A DNA stretch of 64,000 bases from the NCBI GenBank assembly GCA_963733035.1, contig CAVTBU010000005.1, forward strand, positions 64,001 through 128,000. The letters are read 5' to 3'. Source of the stretch: Pirellulales bacterium. Lineage in GTDB: Bacteria > Planctomycetota > Planctomycetia > Pirellulales > PALSA-1355. Shown here one piece after another: positions 18,403 through 29,394 of this stretch. The first letter of the stretch is position 1. Each line of letters opens with the position of its first letter. A program made the translations under genes and the position numbers. The notes under the pieces are model-generated. The model was not told the DNA's origin. It did no database searches and worked only from the letters and a program-made list of their open reading frames with translations.

Positions 18403-21057
18403 TTAGCGGTCTGTTGGCTTATCTGAACGTGCTTTCTTCGTTGCGAGCTGAAACCGTGGATAAAGCCAAAAGCTCCAGTCACTGCTACCGTTTCCCAACT
18501 CGCTGACGCTGAGCCGCAGTTTCTCGGCACCTCGCGGAATTTCGACTGTGATTGGCACAAGTGCAGTTTTGCCGGTCCTGAAGATTGGATTGGGCAGATT
18601 GTCAACGCGCACCTGGAATTCAACGCTCCCTGATCGCAGGCAATAGCCGATTGCAGAAAATGAGACCGCTCCCGATGGTATCTCGTAGTCGACTTCCGAA
18701 GGGGCATGCGCGAACAAGAACTCGTCGCAATGCTGCTCCTCGTCAACGTCAAGCGGTGGGAGGACCGACTTCGGTACCGCGTTGACGCCAAGCCGGTCGT
18801 TGTTCCTGTTGTTTTTCACTTCCACCCATTCCGGCGTGGCTCGCACGCGACCAGCCAACGGAATTGCTCTTTTCGCGCGAAATATCGTCGGATGCAGCCA
18901 AAACGCGGGCGCCTCTTTGCCCTCGATTTGCATCAAGACATAGCGATCGGCTGGCTCAAACGACGCGTTAATATTGGCAATGCGGCATGGATCACTCTCG
19001 AATACGAGTCGCAAATTCTCCCCTTGTTTGTCCGATGCAAAAATGCGATACCGCTGTTTGTCCATGGAATACCCCACTGCCGTAAATCGACGAGGCACCG
19101 TAGATCCCCCCTTGGGCAGTTCGTAGACCAGTTTTGATGGTGCGTGGGCATAGATGAATTCATTGCATAATTTGGTGTCGGCCGTAATGGCTAACGGCCA
19201 ATCGTCAGGAAAGATCCAGTTAACGCGGAACTTATCCCATCCGACGCTCGGCGTAACCAGCGGCTGCTGGTAGGCAAGCTTGACAATTCCTTCCCTTTCC
19301 AGCGCCGCCTTGACATCTGGTGCTTCGGGCAGTGCTTCTAGGGTGATCTGGCGAATCCGCTGGACTGTGTTGTTCGCACCCAAGAAAAGGTTTTCACCTG
19401 GCGAGATCCGAAAGTACCGGGGCAGCGATAGCTCTTTGCTTTCACCGATCCACTCAACCGCAGGCATCCCGTTCACCATGACGACCACGCTGCCGGGATA
19501 GACCTCGCACATAACCGTATACGTTTGCTTGTCACCCAAAATGTCTTCAAAGTCCCTGCGGGTTGCATTTTCGGCAGCGAGTTTTTCATTGACGCATGAC
19601 AGGCCACAGATCCTTTTGCCCCAAGCATCAATCATTACCACTACTTGTTGGCCATTTACAACCAAGCCGACGAATAGATCGTCGCCTTCGTCGCGCTGGC
19701 CGGCGACCGTTAGGCGGTAGGCCGGTGGAGGGACCACTGGAATCCGCAGCAACGTATCGGGTTCTTTTGGTGACACCAGTTCGTTGTTCTCAAGAGTCCA
19801 CTTGATAACAGTGCTGTCGCGCTTAGGGTCGATCAAACGCAACAAGTCGACCTTCTTCCCGACTGGAAACTTTGGCGGTGCATCGGCGGCCCCCCCAGCC
19901 ACCTGGGCGCTCGTAACGGGTGTGGCCTGGGCAATCTCGAGTTGCGCTGATGCCGCTTTCTTGACCTGGTCCTGCGTTTTGCCGATTTGCTTCTCCTGGT
20001 CGCTCGTCGCACGAACTGGCCGCCGGTCGGCTTCGGCTCGTTCCACGTCATTGTCCTCTGGATGCGACTTCTTAGTGTGCGACGGGCTTTCGGCAGGCGC
20101 TCTTGCAACGTCATCCGTGCGACCGACAGCCGTCGACTTGTCCGAAGTGGAATGCTCCGCAACATGTTGGCTCGTGTCCATGGATTTCGCGGCAGCAAGC
20201 CCCGGCGCCGAAGTTGCAGCGTCGCGCGGCCGATCTCTGTGTGACGGCGATTCTGGCACCTTCTTCTGCTGATGCGGCGGGAGAACCGAATTGACACGGA
20301 CTGTCGAGGCATCGAGCTTCGGACTTATTGCGGACGTCGTTTCGCCGCGGTGCAGCGCCTGAGCGCTGCCGAGAATGATCACCGCAACAACAATGCTGGC
20401 GGCGATGCCGATCAGCCACGATCGCCTCGAGTGCATCGACTTCGCCCAGGAGGGACTCTCCTCGGTCAGTGCCGTTGCCGCGGCCCGATCGTCCGTTGAT
20501 TGCTCCGACGTTGACTCCTGGTGTTGGTCCACTTCCAGTTGTGTTTGCTGTTGTGGCCGCTCCGGTGGCAACGCTGCCAGTAAGTTGACGGCCGCAATCC
20601 GGTGGGTTCCCAAAAAGACGAAATCAGTCGGCGTCAGCGGAGCGCGGGTGATCTTGTTCATGGGGTCATTGAGCGCCGTGCCGTTGGTCGAGTTGAGGTC
20701 GACCAGGAATGTTTGCCCGCCTTCGCGTTCGACCCGGGCGTGATGGCCCGACACCGCATCGTAGGGGATCACGATGTCGTTGTCCGGCGCTCTACCGACC
20801 GTGACGGCGCTCGATGGCGCCGGCCAGGGCAACGGAATGCTCCCGCCGAGAGTCACTCGGTCGCCGCGCCAAATAAGGCACTGCCCGTGAATACGTTCGT
20901 CATCGATAAACGTACCGTTCGTGGAATGCAGATCTTCGAGCAAAAAGCCCTCGCCTCGCGCCGTCAGCCGGCAATGCTTTCCTGAAACGACTGAACTTTC
21001 GACCCGGAGATCGCAGTCGGGCAGGCTGCCAACAAGCCAAGTACGCTCGGTCATCAT
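18403..21057 (-). CDS. Membrane-anchored double-FHA-domain protein with C-terminal carbohydrate-binding-like (NPCBM-like) repeats
   Basis: FHA motifs (VSGKHC...DLHSTNGTF; VGR...VSGHHA...DLNSTNGT), TM segment, two AHAPS repeats; start at MMTER with GAGG SD. Confidence 0.8.
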   Translation of the reverse strand: MMTERTWLVGSLPDCDLRVESSVVSGKHCRLTARGEGFLLEDLHSTNGTFIDDERIHGQCLIWRGDRVTLGGSIPLPWPAPSSAVTVGRAPDNDIVIPYDAVSGHHARVEREGGQTFLVDLNSTNGTALNDPMNKITRAPLTPTDFVFLGTHRIAAVNLLAALPPERPQQQTQLEVDQHQESTSEQSTDDRAAATALTEESPSWAKSMHSRRSWLIGIAASIVVAVIILGSAQALHRGETTSAISPKLDASTVRVNSVLPPHQQKKVPESPSHRDRPRDAATSAPGLAAAKSMDTSQHVAEHSTSDKSTAVGRTDDVARAPAESPSHTKKSHPEDNDVERAEADRRPVRATSDQEKQIGKTQDQVKKAASAQLEIAQATPVTSAQVAGGAADAPPKFPVGKKVDLLRLIDPKRDSTVIKWTLENNELVSPKEPDTLLRIPVVPPPAYRLTVAGQRDEGDDLFVGLVVNGQQVVVMIDAWGKRICGLSCVNEKLAAENATRRDFEDILGDKQTYTVMCEVYPGSVVVMVNGMPAVEWIGESKELSLPRYFRISPGENLFLGANNTVQRIRQITLEALPEAPDVKAALEREGIVKLAYQQPLVTPSVGWDKFRVNWIFPDDWPLAITADTKLCNEFIYAHAPSKLVYELPKGGSTVPRRFTAVGYSMDKQRYRIFASDKQGENLRLVFESDPCRIANINASFEPADRYVLMQIEGKEAPAFWLHPTIFRAKRAIPLAGRVRATPEWVEVKNNRNNDRLGVNAVPKSVLPPLDVDEEQHCDEFLFAHAPSEVDYEIPSGAVSFSAIGYCLRSGSVEFQVRVDNLPNPIFRTGKTALVPITVEIPRGAEKLRLSVSELGNGSSDWSFWLYPRFQLATKKARSDKPTDR

Positions 21058-21071
21058 CACGTATCCTCGGA

Positions 21072-21889
21072 TCAACTTGGAAGTCGGAACAGAAACTGCT
21101 GCTCGCCCAGCAGGAATCGACAAGTGCGGGCCAGCGCCAAGTGCTCGATCCTCAGCCACACGCCGTTGAGTGACTTGTTGTTTTCGAGCTTCCAGCGGCC
21201 TTCCTTGTCTTGCAGAATTCGCGCGTGACGCGCGCTGGCGAATGGATCGTCCGAGAGCACCAACTGGCAATAGCTGCCGTCCTTTCCCAGCCAAAAGTCC
21301 TTGGGACTGATTATCCGCGCTGCCCATTGCCGTTGACGTTGACCACGACGATGGCCGGCGCGAGCTCCTGGCTGGCGCTCTGCCACAGCCGCGTGCCCTG
21401 TGCGGCGGGATTTGATTGGCCGTCGGCGGTGTTTTCGACTCGAGGATGCTCAAACCGCAGTCGCGTGCGGCCCACGATGAACTCCTGTCCGTGTTCCAGC
21501 AGCGCATGGCCAATGCGCACGAAAGTGCCGTTGGTGCTCTTGAGATCGACCAAGTGCCAGCGGTGCTTTTCCTTGGAGAACGTGTGGCGCAGCTCGGCAT
21601 GGCGGCCGGACATTTGCCCATCGTGCGAGATCAACAAGTCACCCTCGGTGCGTCCCATGACGAACCGATCCTTGCGAATACGCACCGTCTCGCCATCGTC
21701 GGCGCCGTCATCCAGCACCAGCAGCGTGGGCGTCGGAGGCCGCTCCGTCGGATGGAACAGCGGCGGAGAGTCGTCGGCCGGCGCCGGCTCGCGCTGCGCG
21801 GCCACCTTCGGGCCCGGCGCCTTGCGATATTTCAACAGCGCCTGCCGCACTTCGTCGTCGCTTTCCAGTCGAGTCGTCGCGATGTCCAT
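21072..21889 (-). pseudogene. Tandem FHA-domain protein with a frameshift near 21315
   Basis: ORF 21311-21889 (MGR...MSGRHA...DLKSTNGTF) plus ORF 21072-21386 C-terminal part (ASARHARI...SLNGVW). Confidence 0.78.
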
Positions 21890-21903
21890 GGAAGGAACCT
21901 CGT

Positions 21904-24900
21904 TTAGCTGGATCGTTTGGGACCGGCATCCTCGTTCGCCTCAAGCGGAGTGAGCGTCACCGAATGAACGACTATCGGCACGTTGGAGCCAAAGCCGAGC
22001 TCTCCTGCTTCGAGTGGCCACTGCTCCGGGTCAGCCAGGCTCATGTCAGAGTAGTCGGAGGGGAAATCGACCGAGGCTTTGCCGGGTTCATAACCGGCGC
22101 AATTCGTGCCGTCGACGGAAAGACCAAAGTGACCCCGCGTTACGCGGACTACGATTTTGTGCGATCGCCCTTCGTCCAGAAGCACGTCCGCTGGGCTGAA
22201 GAAGACCAACGCAGGGCGGCGGGGGCCGGGGAATATTCCAATGTGTGTCTCGAGAGATTCTTTGTCTCCGTGCAAGTTGCAATGAAACGGCTTGTTGTCG
22301 TAACACAGGACGAAGCGAAATACTCCCTTCTTTCCCTTCGGTGTCATGTTCAACTCCAACTCATACTCCCCCTGGGGTTTATACGGGATGCGCAGTCTGG
22401 CCTCGTCGGGCGATTGCTCCAACTCGATGCCCTGCTTGTTGTGCTTCCAGTCTCCTCGAATTGAACTTTGCGGCAGCCGTATACGGTGCAAGAGATCGAT
22501 GCTCTTCACCGCGGGGCTGGCGGCAACGGCCGGCGGAGTTTTCCGCGGCTGTGCGGCAGGCGCTTCACTTGGCTTGTCGCGAGACACTGCCGCGGCAGCC
22601 GGCGTCGCGGGCGTGAGACGCTTGACCTCGATTTTGCGGAATTCGACTTTGGTTTCCGGATCATGTACTTCGAGGGCAATACGCCCCTTCGTGTAGAGGT
22701 TCTCGTTGTCGACGTAGTGCGCAGTCTGGTGACCGTTGACCTTTACGTAAATCTCGTTGCCCAGCACGATTTCTTCGATGGTGAACCATTTACCGTTTGG
22801 CACAAGCGGTTCGTTGACTTGGGCAACAACGCGGTCTGCGTAAATGCCCCCTGTCTGCGTGCCCGCGCCGCGACCCTTGGGAGAACATATCGCCGCTTCA
22901 TATCCGCCGGTGTACTTCGGTCGGCTCGTCGGCCGGGTGGGACCAAAGGGCGTGCGGACGTGAATGCCGCTGATGCCTTGTTCGTTAATACGGGCTTCCG
23001 CCCTGACGTGAACGTCGGTGAAGTCGTCCTGCTCGGTATAAAGGCAGCAAAGTTCACTCCCTTCGGCGATGAGGATGCCGTCTTCGACCTTCCACCTGCC
23101 CGGCTGCGACGGGTGTGTCTTCCAGCCGGTTAGATCCTTGCCGTTAAAGAGCGGAACGAAGCCGGTCTCGACCTCACCGGACAACTTGGGGAGGCCTTCC
23201 CAGAGGATTGTCTTGCCGTCCTCGGCCGTAATCTTGATGTCTTTGACGCGAGGCGCTTCCCCGCGCCGAAACCAACCAAACCGGAGGCAAATTGCGAGTC
23301 GATCTGATCAAACAACTTCACGTCATCGAGCCAGTACTCGCAGTTGGCGCCACGCACTCGGAGTTGAACACGGTACCAAGTGCCGTCTTCAAGTGAAGCC
23401 CACTGCGCATTCGAATTCGTTCTGTCTGGCCGGCCTTGAACCGTTGCGTGCGTGGCATGGAGCGTGTTGTATCGACTACCCAAGAAAAGTGTGCGGCGGT
23501 TTCGGGCGTCCTGCGCGTTAAACACAACCCAAATCGCCTTATCTCCTTTGAGTTTTTGCACCGACGCGCTGAAATCATAGTTTGACCATTTTGGGTCACC
23601 AAACAGGAGAAAAGGATGAGAATCGCCATCTGCAATGCCCATAAGTTCATCACCATCTTTCGTCCATTTTCCGGTCACTTCGACCACCTCAGGGAATCGC
23701 CCTTGAGTCCATTGCCCTGCCGGCTCCCTGCGATGTTGCTCAGCCGATCCAGGCGAATCGGCTTGCCTGCCCACCGGCGCGTTGCCGCGCAGCGGCTGCC
23801 CGGACTGTGGCGGCTCGGAGTGATCCGCAACGGAAGGAGTTTGTGTTTTGGATCCGTCAGCCGCTGGAGGAGCGCCTAGGGGTGGACGCGTAGGAAGTCC
23901 CGACGGAAGGCCGCTCCAAAGTTCTTTGCCGTCTGGGGATTTGACTTCAATTCTGCGGAAGCGAGCTGCGCTACCCCACGTTGCCAGGGCAATGCGGCCT
24001 GGCCCGCAATCATTGTCGGTATCTTCGAACAGCTTTTCGCCGTCAAGTGTACAACGACACCACGTGCCGCGGACTTCGATTACCACCTTGTACCATGTAT
24101 CGCGCTCTAGGAACTTCCCCGGATGCACTTGGGGCTGGTGTCGGCTCGCGCCGTGCTGTATGTGTACTAGCCTATGATCTCCTCGGCTCTGATCTCCAAG
24201 ACTCAGCGCCCGAAAGTCATTTTCATCGACGACGTTGACGCTTACGATTACTTGACCGTCGTCACCTCCACTCAGAGACTTCACTTCCAGGCTAAGGTTA
24301 TAGTCCTTCCAGGTTGTGTCACCGAACGCCATTGCGGCAGGCCAGCCGTCCGCCGATGCGGTCTGCAAAAGCTCGTCTCCATTGATGCTCCACATTCCAC
24401 CTAGGACCTGCGCCTTGCGGACCGGATCGTAACTCACCCGCAGCACTTGCCCGCCGACATCGATCTTCGCGTCGGATGTCCAGATCTCCTTGCCGTTGCG
24501 CCACGAACTTCAGGTGATGCTCGCCCTGGTGGACCGCGGAGATCGTCACTTCCTCGCCGTTGCGCGCCAGCGTGACCGAGGCGCCGTCGACGTGTACATT
24601 GACGTCATCGGGCAGGCCCACGATGACTATCGTGCCCTTGGGCGTTTTAACGGTGAAGACGCCCAGACTCCACGCCGCGAATGCCATCAGGAGCAACGCA
24701 ACGGCCGCGCCGCCCGACCAGAACCAAAGGCCATTCGGACGGGAAGTCGACCGCACTTCTGGCCGCGGTGAACCCGGGGTTGCCACCTTCGGCGACGCGC
24801 CTTCCAGAAATGCGAGTGGGTGATCCGCTACCTGCGGCGATGCGAATTCTCCCTTGGCGAATGGTAAGAGAGCCTCGGCGACTTCCCTGGGTGTTTGAGG

Positions 24901-26049
24901 ACGATGATCAGGATTCTTGGCCAACATCCGGTCCACCAGGTCGGACAACGCGCGCGGCACGTCGGGACATATCTCGCACAACGGCCGAGGCGCCTCGTTC
25001 TGATGCGCCAACAGCACCTTCATTTCCGTGTCGCCCTGAAAGGGCGGCGCTCCGTTTAGCAGGCAATACAAAGTGCAACCGAGGCTATAGATATCTGCCC
25101 GAATATCGGCCTTCGCCGCATCCAGCGCCTGCTCGGGCGCCAGGTAGTGCGGCGTGCCCATCAACGCGTTGTCACGCGTCAGCCCTGCTCCACCATGACG
25201 CTCACTGGCCAGCTTTGCCAGACCGAAGTCGAGAATCTTGACCTTGCCGTTGGGAGTGAGCATCAAGTTCTGCGGCTTGAGATCGCGATGGACCATGCCA
25301 CGTGCGTTGGCGTGATCGAGCCCAATCATGGCCTGCCGAATGAGGCGGCAGGCCTCGACCACGGTGAGCCGCCCGCGGTTGGCCAAAAATTTTTCCAAGC
25401 TTATGCCCGGTACATACTCCATCACGAGAACGCGAAGCGAGTCAAACTCGTCCGCGTCGTATGCGCGAGCGACATTCGGATGATCGAGCTTAGCCGCGGC
25501 TTTGACTTCCTGGTCGAACCGTTGCAACGCCTCGGGGTGGGAGACCAGCGCAGAATTGACGATCTTGATTGCTACCATGCGGTCCATCCGTTCGTGATAG
25601 GCCTGGTAAACCGAGCCCATCCCGCCGCGCCCCAGCAATCGTTCGATACGATATTTCGATTGCGAGCGCAGTGCATCGGGCACCTCGTCGTCGATGTTGT
25701 CTGTAGCCGACGATTGAACTGAGCGGCTCATCGAAGGAGTCTCTTGTCCGGCGTCGTTCGCAGCCGAGTCGGCAGATGTTGCGGCCTGCTGAACCCTGTT
25801 CGGCAAGCCCGAAGACGTCGCTGCATCGCGAACGCTAGGTGTCGATTGGTCGGCGATGTTAGTTGCATTCATGGCATTTCGCAACAAGGCAACAAGGTCG
25901 GCTCGCGGTGTGTCTGCAACAAACCCCGCACACGAATCGCAGTCATTGACGTGCCGTTGCAAGCGGGAATGACTTTCCGGCGCCAGTTTACCCAACGCCA
26001 ATGCCGCCAACTGCAAAGCAGAAGGGTGAGAGTGCTTGCGGGTTTCCAT
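21904..26049 (-). pseudogene. Ser/Thr kinase with N-terminal zf-HC2-like motif, TM segment and DUF1080 (3-keto-disaccharide hydrolase-like) repeats; two frameshifts (~24500, ~23260)
   Basis: [34 protein letters not shown]; downstream ORFs 23130-24446 and 21904-23184 carry DUF1080 motifs (PLFNGKDLTGW, GRIALE...VEFRKIEVK). Confidence 0.85.
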
Positions 26050-26157
26050 AGCCGAGTCCCTTGTGAGATCACATTAAGGGGAGCAGCAACATGCATACGA
26101 GCGCAGTCAATAACGGCAACAAAAATGCGGGACTCAGCACGATCCCAACCAGCAAGT

Positions 26158-27360
26158 CTAGCAGTGAATCAGTTGTCGCCCGAACGTGCGGTTGAAAACG
26201 CGGCCAACGAGGGCTCCACGTCTGTCCGACACTTGCGGATCCGCGCGAATATAGTCCGACAGGTGACAGGCGATCTCTTTCGGCGATTGCGGTCGCTGGT
26301 CTGGATCCTTCGCCAACATTCGCTCCACTAGGTCCGACACTTCGCCTAACACGTCGCGGCGCAGCGTTCGCACGGATCGTGGCGCCTCGGTCTCGTGGCG
26401 CACGAGCACTTCAATCGCGCTAGATCCACCAAACGGCGGTTCACCGGTTAGCAGGAAATAAAAGGTGCAGCCCAGACCGTAGATGTCGGAGCGAATGTCT
26501 GCCGACTTGGCCTCCCTCGCCTGCTCAGGCGACATGTAGTCGGGGGTGCCGAGTACCTGGTCGTCCTTCGTGAGGCGAAACCGAGTCCGCTCTTCGTCGA
26601 TCAACCGCCCGAGACCGAAATCCAAAATTCGCACGACTCCGTCAGGCCGTGAAATGATGACGTTCTGAGGTTTGATGTCGCGATGCACGATCGCCTGGTC
26701 TTTGGCATGCTGCAACCCCAGTGCGATCTGGCGGATATAGTGGCACGCCTCATCGGCGGGGAGCGGGCCCCTTATCGAGACAATTTGAGCCAGTGTTTTG
26801 CCGGGAACGTAATCCATCACCAGGATCGCCGTCTCGCCGAGCGTTTCGGCATCCCAGACCCGAGCAATATTTGGGTGATTCAACTTGCCGGCAATGGCTG
26901 CTTCGCGAAGAAATCGGCCGATTGCCGCGCTGTTAGCGCCAAGCTGTGGCCTGATCGTCTTGATGGCCAGCAAGCTACCGGTTAGGCGATGCCGGGCAAG
27001 GTAAACGGCTCCCATTCCGCCTTCCGCAAGTAGTCGCAGGAACTCATACCGCGAATGTTGCTGCAGTTCGCTGGGCAGCAAACGGAGGCTTGCATCGATT
27101 CGCCCGCCGTTCTTGGAGAATGCCGACGTGTGCCGCCAGTGCGTTTGGGAGTCTGCGGGTTCCCCTCCGTCCGCCTGGCGCAAGCGATCGACGAACTCGT
27201 CGCTGGGTGATCCGGCAACTATCGCCGAGCACCGCTCGCACAGGTTGACGTGCTGCTCGATTAGTGCAACACGCAGGCCGCTCAAGCGACCCACGGCGAA
27301 CGCGGTCAAATCAGCTTCGCACGGATGCAGTCCAACGGCCGGCGTTCTATGACGTGCCAT
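26158..27360 (-). CDS. Ser/Thr protein kinase with N-terminal zf-HC2-like motif
   Basis: [39 protein letters not shown]. Confidence 0.9.
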   Translation of the reverse strand: MARHRTPAVGLHPCEADLTAFAVGRLSGLRVALIEQHVNLCERCSAIVAGSPSDEFVDRLRQADGGEPADSQTHWRHTSAFSKNGGRIDASLRLLPSELQQHSRYEFLRLLAEGGMGAVYLARHRLTGSLLAIKTIRPQLGANSAAIGRFLREAAIAGKLNHPNIARVWDAETLGETAILVMDYVPGKTLAQIVSIRGPLPADEACHYIRQIALGLQHAKDQAIVHRDIKPQNVIISRPDGVVRILDFGLGRLIDEERTRFRLTKDDQVLGTPDYMSPEQAREAKSADIRSDIYGLGCTFYFLLTGEPPFGGSSAIEVLVRHETEAPRSVRTLRRDVLGEVSDLVERMLAKDPDQRPQSPKEIACHLSDYIRADPQVSDRRGALVGRVFNRTFGRQLIHC

Positions 27361-27550
27361 GGTCCACCGAGCGGGTGAAAGCAAAGTAGTCAGATTGGAA
27401 TGCTGTCGGCGAACTGTGAACCTTCCGCCGCTTAGATTGGCTACCATTGTAACGTCCCGCCCGGCTGGGGGGAAAGGCTGTCGCCCGGCTGTGCTCTTCG
27501 AACTAGAATATAGAAATGCGCGCGGACTGGAACCTTTCAGAAACTCGAGA

Positions 27551-28156
27551 TTAATCGCCAATCAGACCTGCAGCTTCGTCACGTAAGCGGGCCAATACGC
27601 GTGACTTAGCGATGTCGACGGCGTTTTTTGAGATGCCCAACGCTTCAGCCACCTCGGCAGTGGATTTTTCCTCGAAGACGCGCATGCGGAAGGCCCGCCA
27701 AGAGTTGAGCGAGAATTCGGGGGCCACGAGTTCCTGCAACCGTTGCAGCACATGGCTCGCATGTTCGCGATCCCACTGTCGGCTCAACTCGCTACGGGGA
27801 TCCTGCAAAGCTTCAGCAAGCGCAGAATGATCACCGAAACCCAGGTCTGCGTCCCGATATCGCCGGCGCCAGTAGTAGTTCACTTCGTTGACCGTTATTG
27901 TCCTGAGCCACGCACGAAACGATCCGTCACGCTCGCGTCGAAAGTCTGGAATGTTCTCGACAAGCTTGCGCAGCACGTTTTGGCAAATATCGGCAGCATC
28001 GTCCGCCATCGTAGCATCCAGGCGGATGAATCGTTCGACGAACGGCTGATAGAGTGCAACCAAGCGAGTCCAATCATCGTGGGTCGGCTGTCGACGCAGG
28101 CGGTCGAGCAGGCTCAGCGACGTAGGTTCCATGGGTGCGATCATAGGTTGCTGCAT
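27551..28156 (-). CDS. ECF sigma-70 factor (STK-associated)
   Basis: TSLSLLDRL...WTRLVALY...GSFRAWLRTI; region 4 TAEVAEALGISKNAVDIAKSRVLARLR. Confidence 0.9.
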   Translation of the reverse strand: MQQPMIAPMEPTSLSLLDRLRRQPTHDDWTRLVALYQPFVERFIRLDATMADDAADICQNVLRKLVENIPDFRRERDGSFRAWLRTITVNEVNYYWRRRYRDADLGFGDHSALAEALQDPRSELSRQWDREHASHVLQRLQELVAPEFSLNSWRAFRMRVFEEKSTAEVAEALGISKNAVDIAKSRVLARLRDEAAGLIGD

Positions 28157-28713
28157 ATGCGGTACTCAAGGGTCTTCGGATATCTGACGGATTGCTGTCG
28201 ACGACCCACTGCGCGAGTAAGGGGGCGACCCGTCAAAGGCTAACGTTTTCTTAAGTTTTCGGCGTGTGATAATCCTCCCTATGCGCCGGACGTTGCCAGA
28301 ACGTCGAATTGCAGTCGCAATTCATGATGTGCGTAAGCGTCGAGGAAGTCGCCGAGGTTGTGGCGCAGCACTATCCCTGACCTGCCAGCAGACATTTGCA
28401 TTTTGGTCGCCCAACATCTTCGGACGCCTCGGGCGGCATCGGATTTTGCCCAGGAAATGAAAATTGAATCTGAGATGCATGGCGGGAAGTCGTCCATGTC
28501 GTGGCGCAGCAGAATCCAGACTTGTCAGATGAGGTTTGCCGCTTGGTCGCCCAACAGGTTCGTACACCTCGGGAAGCGTTGGCGTTCGCCGCTGAGATGC
28601 GGATCGAAGTGCGAAATGGGAGGCGGGGAATGGCAAGTGGCGGCTGCTAGAGTGGCGAGGGATTGGGGAGTTGAGAGATCAACGCCTTGGTCGAACCGGC
28701 TGGGGTTGAAGGG

Positions 28714-28771
28714 GAATGGGCGGCATTGAAGGCTTCTTCTCTATTTTGACTGGATACGACATTGTGTCGGA
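28714..28771. repeat. ~57 bp non-coding repeat, copy A, containing CGACA-N3-TGTCG
   Basis: Near-identical to 35104-35158. Confidence 0.75.
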
Positions 28772-28781
28772 TTTGGTGGGT

Positions 28782-29153
28782 TCAGCCTTCCAAATCTTGG
28801 CTCATCGCCGTTGGCATCGTGGTGGGCTGGCTTGGACTGAATGGACCGCCCAGATTGAACGGGTCGAGACCGGCGAATTTGAAAATCACAAGTGCTAACG
28901 CGAGCGCCGTCAGCGCCGAAGACCCGAAAAATAGCAGGCTGCCGACGAACGTCATTTCCCTCGGGCGGCATTTCGGTCGGCGGCGCGTCGAGGTTGTTGG
29001 TCTTCCGTGAGCGTTCGTCACCCGCGGGAACGGGGAGATGTCCAAATCGGGCGTTTGATTTCCGTCTCGGCAGGCTTGTTCAGCCGAATCACCTGACGGT
29101 TCGTCAACTGCCGCTTCCATCCATTCGAAGTCAAGGTTCGTTGTGGCAGCCAT
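28782..29153 (-). CDS. Hypothetical membrane protein, possibly 3'-truncated
   Basis: ATG 29153 with GGAAGG SD; TM segment; preceded by an ECF-type promoter motif. Confidence 0.55.
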   Translation of the reverse strand: MAATTNLDFEWMEAAVDEPSGDSAEQACRDGNQTPDLDISPFPRVTNAHGRPTTSTRRRPKCRPREMTFVGSLLFFGSSALTALALALVIFKFAGLDPFNLGGPFSPSQPTTMPTAMSQDLEG

Positions 29154-29212
29154 CGTGTGCCTTCCAGGGATTGGGTCTTGGTGGGTTGAAGCTCCGACTC
29201 CTCTGCAACTCA

Positions 29213-29240
29213 ATGCGAGAAAACGAGCCCAACTCCCTCA
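29213..29240 (-). promoter_or_regulatory. ECF-type promoter motif TGAGGGA-N13-TCTCGCAT, copy 1
   Basis: Identical bipartite motif and spacing at 34991-35018; 60 bp upstream of ATG 29153. Confidence 0.65.
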
Positions 29241-29394
29241 CGAGGCTAGAGATTTTTGGAGGAAATGTTTGTTTGGGGTGATTTGATGGGGGCGTAAGTC
29301 TTGGTGGCGTGAAGGATTGACGCCGGTGGTCGGCGGGTGACTGGCCAAAGTGCTCGTCGCGGCAGACCAAGTCTCTAGCTTGTCAGCTGGTCGG

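Noticed and set aside
21058..21621. N-terminal 187 aa of the 1072-aa ORF 18403-21621
   Set aside because: Overlaps the upstream FHA gene in another frame; the real start is near 21057 with an SD
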